From a plasmid, in the sequence record NZ_KX443406.1: a stretch of 64,000 bases of DNA, one strand, 5' to 3'. The translations under genes were made by a program, and so were the position numbers. The notes beneath the pieces are model-generated. The model did not search any database and was not told where the DNA came from. It was given only the letters and a program-made list of their open reading frames with translations. Of the stretch, positions 10,701 to 18,000 are shown one piece after another. Position 1 is the first letter of the stretch, and every line of letters starts with the position of its first letter.

Positions 10701-10740
10701 AGAACTCGACCTCGGCGAGGACGACGGCCGCGCGGTCTGA
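1756..10740 (+). CDS. giant N6-adenine DNA methyltransferase / SNF2-family helicase fusion protein (DarB-like, putative anti-restriction or DNA-modification protein)
   Basis: Continuous GC3-rich frame to TGA 10738-10740. MTase motif I VEPGCGAGHFVG (~nt 5220-5260) and motif IV NVPFG (~5413) are followed by helicase Walker A DHVVGAGKTVTIT (~7550-7590), DEAH box FLFVDEAHDYKN (~8030), and helicase C motifs LITSTKKGGTGLNVQ / QRIGRIIRQGN (~9000-9130). No good in-frame ATG near 1756 (first is at 2243; GTG 1879 and TTG 1846 are candidates), so the true start is uncertain or the protein is fused to the 1109..1753 ORF. Confidence 0.75.
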   Translation, partial: QAEWSQVRDELVGIELQGEFLAKKLASVNVALAKAQDRGLAAGIEVNSRRAASITSEITQLRAQWRQLSAREGLLRNEVQALGIEPEAVPKRTVREVAAARETWRDHPATDAQIRKLEELSREVDTPFDVDPNITKGQAHDAISGILSGTITQVQFRDRPAGPMFIEAAEPRPEATQPEIESAGAEPPVLTPRPVVDPVAEVERRLMERLAAQDPDADAAVGAQANTADQFLDWATGHFKVKAQVALADLMSERDTLTDEMFVVCRTILADPKRWSEFGHRAAEAYWEAHRDEPIQHPTTTAVADAIVEARASEDRAVDERYLDTAQGVLADVVAGGASPEERAEQVEAIQDALDLGAGPELDDWWARGRAAFDAATPMDLPAPETDPGLAAALGKLRSRRAREELTNQWFAGARQGQREATADDRAALLTEAAHDPRVIAEVGGRTTDYLPSFQPHTTATRNVVTELARGGSPLRQAAAQLILREHDLPTEFYEASHSEWQRAHGHELTWDETTRQEWTSWMRMQLRRDPLIGSWAGYPMATRTYLIETGIETAFAVLAEERPDLVEATASIPASRLAAELRGDIIPNLYAGEDAEAARTAHLFKNANGSELTLRSFENSTLRPSPVRGWDFTLNGGGTSTTCGRDPRVAVGAILDARSLPIPEWIERVYRPYAQARETVLNTAVLYERGHEFYHAAARSDLLWKYDDRGNAAASSDLVNAARESIIEDLRRTLPEEVALLEATGIDLDWTLRTDVDNQVMRDLRTAGTDSYGVDTGDISAGPAGSIYVGDPNGTHVVVNRRWAQGFTSQVITIDDQVYAGVDTIRDAIAEARAQLARSPQSTEPTVETGSSNAPARDERIVDVEVEEADPSPPRVVAPVVDDTGAITFDEVDTDQEPIIATGGQGQEWVLADHLVVGHIGPAIAPPAEVDTATAVDIVEELTAASGELIVPDTEFGEPISSPLWRTGDLVKVRKESGGYAWISPATAARYASENAPEAEPEAPTQPEAASAAKADEPAVEQHEPRAGPQSVAATDFTLGTGVHVPSGAKARVRANIAAARLVLELDEQQRPATAEEQAVLAQWSGWGAVPEVFDNRSKFLSEWADERAALLDLLGEKGFSQARETTLNAHYTDPAIVGELWRAVQRAGLPDGALLVEPGCGAGHFVGTAPAGVNMVGVEIEPISAKIAHYLYPSQQIRNHGFERAFATDNTFTGAIGNVPFGRWAPVDPIHNAAGLTIHNAFIAKSLALTAPGGYVAVVTSKFTSDAKRGDQRAQIAAKGDLVGAVRLPTGAFDRQAGTPVVTDVLVFRRREDDAQPTQDTVEWALPARQIAVTDAKTGEAETYWINSYFQKHPERVLGRLAVGNGQHGNQTLIVQPDTATPLAEQLRGQLDPIIDQAVEQGLGFTAAAPNPADVEVHTAPGLRTGADLDSSEVLPGTMRFNEVDSRFEQFTVGRGWSEVNCRGKDLAEQWKKLIALGETVMELSEASRDAASTVAGRDVIRGRLNGLYDDYTRRWGPLNRFKLTAPKPLTEEKIADRLDKAITKWREKVGRAEAIADGIDPEDAGPYTGSIPDDVLEEMQEKAAEEPKPQKNQHHLQGAIARDPRLGMVLAIEDFQSRFDGTDAVATKSAIFTEDTTPFKGRAQSAADIDEALAISFDELGHISPARMAELLDLSVDEVLDRADGRIYPSLQASDQWELATVALSGQVRSKLAIAQIRATDDPRRYAGLVTALEGVIPPDVDPTDIGVRPGATWIPVEDYRQFLIEEFGLNPRRLTVEHDEVTGNWKIATEQSSRHQVHTGYADKYGNSRLTGVQMMELIANNKPVQVNKTKEELEFSPKPRFHVKMTETAQSAANALQERFEKWLWSDGDRYLRLAKAFNEKHNSFVKPAHSGEHKSFPGLNPKYKPYDYQAAAVQRFLHDETILLDHVVGAGKTVTITTSCMEAKRLGQINQPWIVVPNHLLAQWSAEARDAYPNAKILVASELDGRDDRQRFVGQTAVGDWDLVIVPQSVFGLIGMRREAQIEYLEGEITELRIALDAANERGAEFSVKQIENAIKGATSKIENLVAAKSTDEGLTFEQSGADFLFVDEAHDYKNLTRPSNSTDLSVADGSQRATDLEMKAKYLREQAHRRNAERGLPNAPAKAIAFATGTPITNSLSEIWVMMKYLRPDLLTEAGLGRIDNWAGTFAKPVTVAEMNATATRLQMKTRMAEYANVPQLVAMYDQFRDVVTSDQIPVRLPEMEGGAPTIVEFDMGQDAIDAVADLDVRLANINGDRMDLDNSLKVSTDGRNLTMHPRLANLPAPAPENSRVEHAADLIWQCHADNADVQIPADKYGPEMTGVFQLVFCDRGTPKAGSGPRARNVYTELRDALVERGMKPEEIAFMHDYDNPKAKAKLVEACADGRIRVLITSTKKGGTGLNVQRALKQMVNLDPAWTAADMEQRIGRIIRQGNVNETVSVVNMVARRSYDAMMYQYVARKASFVGMIRKADLPPSMEDIGGDLAASWAQSKAAATGDPVFVQQVEADQRVANLEARRDAVLNANAARNAAIRGLQANITATEKQIPELRGTTDKLNEWAQIEDRAAKMWNFPTGPVADGDTADLGDALRHALINTTGEVTKSKDEVPFVVLNGVPVKLAYVQVLGEFYISVGGMEKWYDRDQMNNVLERASTAQGMLGTIRRLAAAATERIPAMEAQLERDREKLAAAQAEPELEFTQTAELDNARLEADELRLEVNARENSPEALRRAETERERRAADGQYERWTLDLNPTEAWAEQNGMSREELIASVPAKMAAARQAWADQAEAREANRKSQPWVATNATEAVWQYGFDAESKMPGARISWNDRQWNWEAWDGQGSVDTDTANTRGEAFGRAARAAGEFAQANDIPESALREASIERRQRLEGEDAVVEPTEPVAAADSAVVEPTEPITETSIDGSIARGLGAGTNLRPLRDLSAAEPPNDVGAAAEESRPNERELDLGEDDGRAV

Positions 10741-10763
10741 CGCGCCATAAGATCGGATCAACG

Positions 10764-10796
10764 GGTGGAGCGAGGCACATTCGGTCTCGCTCCACC
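10764..10796. terminator. perfect 11-bp inverted repeat (GGTGGAGCGAG-11nt-CTCGCTCCACC) just downstream of giant gene stop
   Basis: Read directly from sequence. Hairpin without T-tract, as is common for actinobacterial intrinsic terminators; could alternatively be an operator for the downstream TA pair. Confidence 0.4.
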
Positions 10797-10818
10797 CCGC
10801 ACGCACTGAGGGGGAACT

Positions 10819-11007
10819 ATGAGCACCGAGAGAATCAGCGAAGCCGAAGCACGAGAGGCGTACGAGCGCCTGGCCCCGATCGTGGAGATGGGCGGAGCAA
10901 CCGTCGACCCGCGCGACGAGGAACTCACCGTGCAACTGCTGCAGGGCACCATCACCTTCGAGGAGATGACGGCCACCGTCCTGCGCGAGGCGGGCATCGA
11001 CAAGTGA
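10819..11007 (+). CDS. VbhA/FicA-like antitoxin (62 aa)
   Basis: ATG 10819 after GAGGGGGAA SD. TVDPRDEELTVQLLQGTITFEEMTATVL parallels VbhA (EPDPQVVAQMERVVVGELETSDVIKDL). The stop overlaps the Fic GTG start (GTGA at 11004-11007). Confidence 0.5.
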   Translation: MSTERISEAEAREAYERLAPIVEMGGATVDPRDEELTVQLLQGTITFEEMTATVLREAGIDK

Positions 11008-11996
11008 GCAAGCCCCGGGGCTTCTCGCAAGAGTGGGTCGACTACTTCATCCCCGAGACCGTCTCGTACGACCCGCAGACTGGGTGGCCGAATCTCGACG
11101 ACGCCGTCATGCGCAACCTCATCGCGGTCGATCTGGGTTTCGAGCATGGTCTGCCCGACCAGACCATCGTCGACCGCCTTGAGGTTGCGTCCTCGATCAA
11201 GCGGCTGCACGAGCTCGAACGAGACCCCATCCCGGGGAACTACGACCTCGCTCACATGCAGCGGATCCACCATCACCTGTTCCAGGACGTCTACCCCTGG
11301 GCCGGCGAGATCCGTACAGCGCCGCGGGACTGGCCGATGACGAAGCTGGGCCCGAACGTCAAGGCCCACCTTGCCGGTGAGCCGAACCCGCCCGAGGTCC
11401 CTCACTCCTATTTCGCCGCGAAGGAGATCGTTCCGATCGCCGGGCGAGAACTCGACCGCATCGCCGCGAAAGACAATCTGCGGGGCCTGGACCGAGACCA
11501 GTTCGTTGACGAGCTGACGACGGTGTGGGCGCGGGTGAACTACGTCCACCCGTTCCGGGAGGGAAACACCCGAACGCAGTTCGCGTTCTTCCGGCAGCTC
11601 GCGGCCGAGGCCGGCTACGAACTCGACACCGAGCGATTCCGCGACGCCGTCAGCGCACCGGGCGCTGACAACGCCGTCGCCGGTGACCTACGCACGAAGT
11701 TCATCTGGGGCCGGTTCCAGTTCCAGCAGACCGGCGAAACGACGCTCCTACGGGAAGCTCTCGACGAAGGAATACGGCCGACACCCGAGGCCGATGCAGG
11801 AGAGGATCTGCCCGTCGGCCCGATCATCGAACGAGGCTACGACGTGAGCGCTCTGAGTGCCGCAGCAGCAGGGCATCCGCGGTCGACCGGGGCGATGCTC
11901 GGGTACAACGAGGCAGCGCATGTCGCCGGGCATCCGGCTCCGGCGGACGTCGAACTAGCGCACGGCCACACTGCCGATAGCGGGTACGAGCGGTAA
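11004..11996 (+). CDS. Fic/Doc-family protein with non-canonical active-site motif HPFREGNTRTQF
   Basis: GTG 11004 (VSKPRGFSQEW...) is translationally coupled to the upstream small ORF. Fic core motif HPFx(D/E)GN(G)R is present as HPFREGNTRTQF (G to T, second Arg absent). The track ORF from 10062 is an upstream off-frame extension. Confidence 0.65.
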   Translation: MSKPRGFSQEWVDYFIPETVSYDPQTGWPNLDDAVMRNLIAVDLGFEHGLPDQTIVDRLEVASSIKRLHELERDPIPGNYDLAHMQRIHHHLFQDVYPWAGEIRTAPRDWPMTKLGPNVKAHLAGEPNPPEVPHSYFAAKEIVPIAGRELDRIAAKDNLRGLDRDQFVDELTTVWARVNYVHPFREGNTRTQFAFFRQLAAEAGYELDTERFRDAVSAPGADNAVAGDLRTKFIWGRFQFQQTGETTLLREALDEGIRPTPEADAGEDLPVGPIIERGYDVSALSAAAAGHPRSTGAMLGYNEAAHVAGHPAPADVELAHGHTADSGYER

Positions 11997-12006
11997 GGAC
12001 TCATCG

Positions 12007-12280
12007 GGGTGCGTTGCACCGTTGTACGCCTGCGGCGCACCCTGAAACGAGCTCCGCTGCGCTCCGCCCCTGGAAAAGACTTCTTCCTTTTTCCCTTCTG
12101 GCTTCCGATTTTGACCGGCGGTGACCTCCGCGCAACCCCTTGGCGCTGCGCGGCCTGACGGCTCCGAAAATTCTCTCCCCCGCTGCGCTCCTCCAAGATT
12201 TTTCGACCCCAGGGGTTGCACTCCGGCCCCCTCATACCGGTCCAAATACTCCATGCCAGAAGGGCAAAAGAACGGGCGGG
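12007..12280 (+). repeat. 274-bp direct repeat, copy A (~99% identical to 53487..53761)
   Basis: Hand alignment shows 3 mismatches over 274 bp. Contains internal inverted repeats (GGTGCGTTGCACC; GCAACCCCTTGG ... CCAGGGGTTGC) and pyrimidine-rich tracts. Lies immediately upstream of the DUF4192 gene. Confidence 0.9.
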
Positions 12281-12314
12281 CCACCGAGGTCCGTCCCAGA
12301 CCGGAGGGGGCGCC

Positions 12315-13304
12315 ATGACCACCAACCCGATTCGCATCAGCACTGCAACCGAGATCGTCACCGCAGTCCCCGCGCTGCTCGGCTTCATCCCGCAGCGGTC
12401 CGTCGTCGCGATCCTGCTCGACGGCGCGAAGGTTGTCTGCGCCATCCGAGTCGACGCGGGCATGGACCACCTCGCCACGCAGCTGCTCCCTGTCGCGGAG
12501 AAGCAGGCGGTCGACTCCATGATCCTGGTTTCGGTCGCCGACGCGCAGCACACCGATCAGTCGCTGGCGACCCTCGAGGCGATCCGTGCGACCCTGGCAA
12601 CCGCCGGAGTCGAGACGCGCCGAGCGCTCCACACGGCCGCAACCGAGCAGGGTGCCGAGTGGACGGACATCGAGACCGGCGAGAGCGGTGTAGTCGACAA
12701 CCCGAGCACGACGGCAGCGAACCTCAATCGCCTCATCGAGGGCCGGAGCTTCGTCGCGAGCCGCGAGGCGATCGAGGACATCTACGCGCCCACCGAGGTT
12801 GATCCGACCGCAGAAATCAACCGCGCACGTGCGATCGCTCGCATCCAGGGACGTGACTCCTTCGCCCGCACCACCATCACCGAGCTGGCCGCGCTGGTGA
12901 CGGATCGGCAGACACCGAGCGCCGAGCTGGCGGCCCGAGTGGGAGTGATGATGGCGGACGACGTCGAAGCGCGCGACATCGTTCTGGGGCTCGCTATCAA
13001 CGCCCCCATCGAGGCGCACGACGCGGTCGCGGCGATCGCTCGCCACCTGACAGGCATCGAGCGCGCCGAGGCGCTCACCGTCGCCGGATACTTCGCTTAC
13101 GTGGCGGGACGCGGACCCGACGCGGGCATCGCATTCGCCGCAGCCGAGAACGCCGCTGCGGCGGCCGGAGAGGTTCCGCCGCGACTGCTCGATCTGCTCA
13201 ACCGAGCGCTCAGCAGCGGCATGACCCCGGCCCAGATGCGGACCCTGGGAGACGCAGGGATCGAGGCCGGTCGCAAGCGCAGAGTGTCGCTCACCGCGAG
13301 CTAG
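12315..13304 (+). CDS. DUF4192-family protein
   Basis: ATG 12315 after GGAGGGGG SD. MTTNPIRISTATEIVTAVPALLGFIPQRSVVAILLDGAKVVCAIRVD is typical of actinobacterial plasmid/phage DUF4192 proteins. Confidence 0.6.
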   Translation: MTTNPIRISTATEIVTAVPALLGFIPQRSVVAILLDGAKVVCAIRVDAGMDHLATQLLPVAEKQAVDSMILVSVADAQHTDQSLATLEAIRATLATAGVETRRALHTAATEQGAEWTDIETGESGVVDNPSTTAANLNRLIEGRSFVASREAIEDIYAPTEVDPTAEINRARAIARIQGRDSFARTTITELAALVTDRQTPSAELAARVGVMMADDVEARDIVLGLAINAPIEAHDAVAAIARHLTGIERAEALTVAGYFAYVAGRGPDAGIAFAAAENAAAAAGEVPPRLLDLLNRALSSGMTPAQMRTLGDAGIEAGRKRRVSLTAS

Positions 13305-13318
13305 CCGCGAGTGACAGT

Positions 13319-13348
13319 AGGCCCCGGAGGTGGTTGCACCTCCGGGGC
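13319..13348. terminator. 13-bp perfect stem hairpin (GGCCCCGGAGGTG-GTTG-CACCTCCGGGGCC)
   Basis: Seen in sequence between convergent genes; a second 13-bp hairpin follows at 13382..13412. Confidence 0.6.
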
Positions 13349-13381
13349 CTACGCCGTTCGGTCGGTGCGTCACCGCAATCA

Positions 13382-13412
13382 GTTGTGTTCGGGCATCGAG
13401 CCCGAACACAAC
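13382..13412. terminator. 13-bp perfect stem hairpin (GTTGTGTTCGGGC-ATCGA-GCCCGAACACAAC)
   Basis: Seen in sequence; with the preceding hairpin it forms a bidirectional terminator pair between the DUF4192 (+) and HNH-operon (-) genes. Confidence 0.6.
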
Positions 13413-13450
13413 TTCGCGGCTGGCACGCAGCTCACCCAACGGGCGGCTCG

Positions 13451-13618
13451 CTACAGCAGGTCTTCCGCGCCGTCGGCGGGAAACGAGACGTCGACGCGAG
13501 GACCAGAGTCGTCCAGCGGCTCGCCGGCAACGACGCGACCAAGGTCGTCATCCGTCACACGAACCGTGTCCTTCGTCAACTGATACAAGGCCGCCTCCGC
13601 GGCCGACCGCTCACTCAT
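13451..13618 (-). CDS. small acidic hypothetical protein (55 aa)
   Basis: Internal ATG (M34 of the track ORF) has an excellent SD, GAGGGAGGAAGGGACGAC-ATG. It lies downstream of the HNH gene in the same orientation. Confidence 0.3.
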   Translation of the reverse strand: MSERSAAEAALYQLTKDTVRVTDDDLGRVVAGEPLDDSGPRVDVSFPADGAEDLL

Positions 13619-13634
13619 GTCGTCCCTTCCTCCC

Positions 13635-14177
13635 TCAGAACAGGATGCCTTGGTCTGGACCGGGATCAGTCTTCGCCCGGAGTAGTGCAACTTCGTCATA
13701 GCCGTCTCGGAGCGCATCGCGGATATCGAGCGACCGCTGATAGCGCGAGCGCCCCTGGCCGTCGAGAAAGGTGTGGCCTGACAGTCGGCCGAGCGCGATT
13801 GCGTATCTCACGTTCTCGCTGTGCGTCGACTTCACCAAGTGCGCGTGTCCCACCCGCACGCACAGCGGCTCGTTGCACTTGTGCTCGCACACGACACCAT
13901 CACCGAGCGGCCCGTGCACCAGTTCGACCGAGAAGCGATGCGCCAGCATCGTGCGCTGACGATTGTCTCGTTGGAAGTTGAACCGTCCGTACCCATCGGG
14001 CGCACTGATCGCTCCGACCCAGTACCAACACGTCGGCGACTTCACGACCTTCGACCAGAACGACGCGACGTTCTCAGCCGAGGGTTGAAGGGTGTTGTCG
14101 ACCACCCGGACGCGCGACGGACGCGCCGACGCCGGCGCATCGAAGTCGAAGCCGAAGAGCGGCTCGTCGTCGACCAC
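13635..14177 (-). CDS. HNH homing-type endonuclease
   Basis: Motifs FWSKVVKSPTCWYWVGAISAPDGYGRF and HRFSVELVHGPL..VCEHKCNEPLCVRVGHAHL are typical of HNH_3 / AP2-like HNH nucleases. Confidence 0.7.
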   Translation of the reverse strand: MVDDEPLFGFDFDAPASARPSRVRVVDNTLQPSAENVASFWSKVVKSPTCWYWVGAISAPDGYGRFNFQRDNRQRTMLAHRFSVELVHGPLGDGVVCEHKCNEPLCVRVGHAHLVKSTHSENVRYAIALGRLSGHTFLDGQGRSRYQRSLDIRDALRDGYDEVALLRAKTDPGPDQGILF

Positions 14178-14191
14178 CGCTCACAGATCCG

Positions 14192-14836
14192 TCACGACGC
14201 GACGGTTACTGGCTCAGACGCAGCACCACCGGACTCACTCTCTGCCGCCGCGGTCGATGACGGAACCTCAACGAGGCCGGCTGCAGCGAGGTCCTGCTTC
14301 GCCTGCTCCACAGTCTTCTTCGCCTCCCGCACGCTCACGCCGAGGACCGACGCCAACTCGGCCACTGATGCGTCCTTGGCGAACACCGCGATCGCACGGG
14401 CGTAGTCGAGCAGCAACGAGTCTTCCTGCGCCTGCTCCTCCGCAGTGAGGCTGCTGTCTGTCGATTCCGCTTCCTTCTTCGCGGCCTCGATCTTCGCCTC
14501 GTACTCCTGACGCAGCTTCTCAATCTTCTTGTCCCGCGCCTTCACCAACTGCTCGATCTTCCGCTCGGCAGCGGTCGAGCGTGACTCGACAACGGCATCC
14601 AGCTTCGCGAGTTGCGCGGCAACCTCATTGATCGGGCCAGCCAGCTTCTCGAGCTCGGACTGACGCGCCAGCAGACGCTCCCGCTCGCGGCGCAGGTTCT
14701 CGCGAACGTTCGGGGCGGAGTGCGGTCGGAGGGAGCGGCGTGCCGCCGCATTCGAAGACGTGGCCATAGGCCGCAGTGTATCGGCTCGCGCCGCTCGCGG
14801 GGGGTTCCGCACTTGGGAGCCGTGTCGCCTTGGCAT
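14192..14836 (-). CDS. coiled-coil hypothetical protein with C-terminal HTH-like segment
   Basis: Long charged heptad-like region (ERERLLARQSELEKLAGPINEVAAQLAKLDAVVESR...KIEKLRQEYEAKIEAAKKEAE) then VAELASVLGVSVREAKKTVEQAKQ. Start ambiguous (14836 or internal ATG 14767). Confidence 0.4.
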   Translation of the reverse strand: MPRRHGSQVRNPPRAARADTLRPMATSSNAAARRSLRPHSAPNVRENLRRERERLLARQSELEKLAGPINEVAAQLAKLDAVVESRSTAAERKIEQLVKARDKKIEKLRQEYEAKIEAAKKEAESTDSSLTAEEQAQEDSLLLDYARAIAVFAKDASVAELASVLGVSVREAKKTVEQAKQDLAAAGLVEVPSSTAAAESESGGAASEPVTVAS

Positions 14837-14904
14837 GTCACAGCTTTGGTCACCTTCTCGACGAAACCTCCCGTCAAATGCCTAACACACGCAGGCGCGC
14901 TGCT

Positions 14905-14959
14905 CTGACAGAACCGTCGAGGTTCTGTCAGACCCTGGTCTGACCTGCGGCCAGACCAG
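14905..14959. promoter_or_regulatory. candidate oriT / relaxase-gene control region: nested inverted repeats
   Basis: CTGACAGAACC-GTCGA-GGTTCTGTCAG (14905-14931, perfect 11-bp arms) overlaps GTCAGACC/GGTCTGAC and CTGGTCTG-ACCTGCGG-CCAGACCAG (14935-14959), ~60 bp upstream of the MobF relaxase start. A CATAAT -10-like hexamer sits at ~14995. Confidence 0.45.
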
Positions 14960-15014
14960 AAAACAACACACACCTCATGCACTAAAGTTGCGACCTGGCA
15001 TAATCGGCCCCGTG

Positions 15015-18000
15015 ATGACCGTCCACAAGCTCAGTGCTGGGGACGGCTACGTCTATCTCACGAAGCATGTTGCGGCCGGCGACGCGACCGAGTCCCGCAA
15101 GGCTGACGCGGTCGACTACTACGTCGCGAAGGGCACCCCACCGGGGATCTGGTGCGGAAAGCTCGCCGAGAAGGCCGGCGTGGAGGTCGGTACCGAAGTC
15201 ACCGAGGACGCAATGCGTTCGGTGTTCGGTGCGGCCCGCACCCCGAACGCCTTCGCCACCCGGCCCGGCAAGGGCTCGACGCTGGACGAGCGCCTCGACT
15301 GGTCCGAGAGCACTGCTCTCGGACGGGCGTTCTCCTGGTACGAGAACAGCCAGGAGTTCGTGAACGACGTCGAGGAGCGGTGCTCGGCGTACAAGGCCAC
15401 TTACGGCGAGTACCCGGATTCCGCTGCGCGGGCTGCGATCCAGCAGACCACCGCACGCAAGCACTTGCGGCGCGCCAAGGGTGACAAGGTCGACCTGATG
15501 AGCGACGAGGATGTCACCAAGTTCATCACCGAGCAGTACGCGAAGATGCGCCAACCGGTGGCCGGGTACGACCTGGTGTTCACGCCGGTGAAGTCGATCT
15601 GTCTGCTGTGGGGTCTCGGCGACGCCCAGGTGAAAGAGGCTGTCGAAGAGGCACATAAGCAGGCCGTCGACGAGGCCCTCGCCTGGATCGAGGACGAGGT
15701 GATCTACACCCGTCGCGGGGCCGGCGGCGCCCGCAAGGTCAAGGCCGAGGGGCTGCTGATCGCACGGTTCGACCACTTCGACAACCGTGTCGGTGATCCG
15801 AACCTGCACACCCATTCCGCGATCCTGAACCGGGTACTGGCAGAGGGAAAGTGGACGACGATCGACGGCCAGGTGCTCTATAAGGCGAACGTTGCTGCGT
15901 CGGAGCGCTACAACACGCGCGTCGCCGATCTGGTCGCGCGCAAGCTCGGCGTCACCTTCGCCCCGCGCCCCGATACCGCCGTCGGCAAGCAGCCGGTGTA
16001 CGAGGTCGAGGGCATCCCCGTCGGGCTGCTCGAGGAGTTCTCACGACGCGCCCAGATCGAGGATCGACAGGCCGAACTCGCACGCGAGTACAAGGACAAG
16101 TACGGCAAGAACCCGCCGAAGAAGGTGCAGTACGCGCAGGCGCAGCAGGCGACGCTGGACACCAGGAACGCGAAGAACCCGCCACGATCGTTGGCAGAGT
16201 TGCGCGCCGAGTGGCGCGAGCGTGCGTCCGCGATTCTCGCGGGCTCCGACCCCAGCACACTGGTCGACGAGGTGCAGTCCGGTCGCGATCGGCGCCCTGC
16301 GTTCTACGCCCCGCAGCTACCTGCTCTCGTGCAGGAAGTGACCGACGATCTTTCGCGCAAGGTCGGTTCGTGGACCGTATTCTCTCTGCAGGCCGAGATT
16401 CAGCGTCGGCTGCGAGAGTTCAGTTTCGCGGGCGAGATGGACGTCAACGAGTACGTCTCGGACGCGGTCGATCTCGCCGTCCGCGACTACTGCCTGCCCA
16501 CCTTCACAGAGGTCTACGACGCACCGGAGAGTGTCAGCGAACGCGTCGAGCGTGGGTTGCGACGAATGGTCGACGTCGATCGGGCAGAGATGCGATACAC
16601 CGCGCAGGCGGTGCTCGACGCCGAAGAGTTCATGCGTGACAACGCGGAGATCGACGACGAGCACACCGTCGCCGAACGCGTCATCCGCCGCCAGATCCGA
16701 CGAGCGGAGAAGAAGGCCGGACACACCCTCGGATCCGACCAGATCGCGATGATCGAGCACTTCCTCACTGCGAGGAAGAAGGTCGCCGTCGCTGTCGGTG
16801 CGGCGGGCGCCGGCAAGACCACCGCGGCGACAGTGATCGCCCGCGCATGGGAAGACATCAACGGAAAGGTGGTCGCTCTCGGGCCGTCGGCACGTGCCGC
16901 AGAAGTGCTCGGGGAGGAGATTTCCGTCGAAGGACGCACGATCGCGGATGTGCTCACCCGTGCCCGCGTCGGCATCCCGACCGGCATCGACAGAGGCGAT
17001 CTTCTGCTCGTCGACGAAGCCGGTATGGCCTCTGCTCGCGACCTCGCGGACCTCACCCGCATCGCGACCGAAGCAGGCGCAGTCGTCCGCCTGCTCGGTG
17101 ATCCCCAGCAGCTCGCCTCCGTCGAAGCTGGCGGCGTTCTGCGTGATCTGGCCGAGCGAACCGACGCCCCGTTCCTCGAACAGGTTCACCGGTTCAAGAC
17201 CGAGGGCGAAGCCGAAGCCAGCCTGCTTCTGCGTTCCGGAGCCGACAACGCCCTTGACTGGTACGAGCGCCGTGACCGCATCCGTGACGGAATGCGGCAC
17301 GAGCTGCCCGACATGGTTTTCGACGCGTACGTCGCCGACGTCGAGGCCGACAAGGTTGCCCTCATGGTCGCCCCGACGAACGACCTGGTCCGCGACCTCA
17401 ACATCAAGGCCGCCGCGTACTACCGCGCCAACGGCACCGTCACCGGACCCGGCGTCGTTCTCGCAGACGGCCTTGAGGCCGCCGTCGGCGACGTCGTCGT
17501 CACCCGCAAGAACAACAGCAAGTACGTCGTGAAGGACGCCGACGGACAACGGTCCGGGCGCGTGAAGAACGGTGACCTGTGGACCGTCTCCGAGATCGGT
17601 GAAGATGGTTCACTGCGCCTGCGGAACAACGTCTCCGACGGCGAGGTGACCGTCGCAGCCGACTACATCACCGACAACGTCCAACTCGGCTACGCAACGA
17701 CGGTGCACCGGTCGCAGGGCATGACCGTCGGTAGCTGTCACGTCCTCGCGGCCGCGAACATGGACCGCCAGTCGCTGTACGTCGCGATGACTCGCGGCAA
17801 GAACACGAACATCGTCTACGCCGCCAACGACGAGCTACCCGACTGGGACTTCGAGCATCGGCCGGACGAGCATCCGGCCGCGATCGACCTTCTCAACAAG
17901 ATCGTCGCCCGCGATGGTTCGCAGCGAACCGTGCACCAGATGATCGAGGACGAGCAGCGCCAAGCCGCGTCGTGGGACCGACTGCGCAGCACCCACAACC

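Noticed and set aside
8143-10935. 930-aa minus-strand ORF
   Set aside because: Antisense to the helicase C-terminal region of the giant gene and to the VbhA-like gene; no protein-like features.
10062-11003. Upstream 314 codons of the 644-aa track ORF containing the Fic domain
   Set aside because: Overlaps the giant gene's end out of frame; Arg/Gly-rich junk. The Fic homology begins at GTG 11004, which is coupled to the upstream antitoxin stop.
16317-17549. 410-aa minus-strand ORF
   Set aside because: Antisense to the MobF relaxase-helicase gene, which has an unambiguous Walker A and relaxase motifs on the plus strand.
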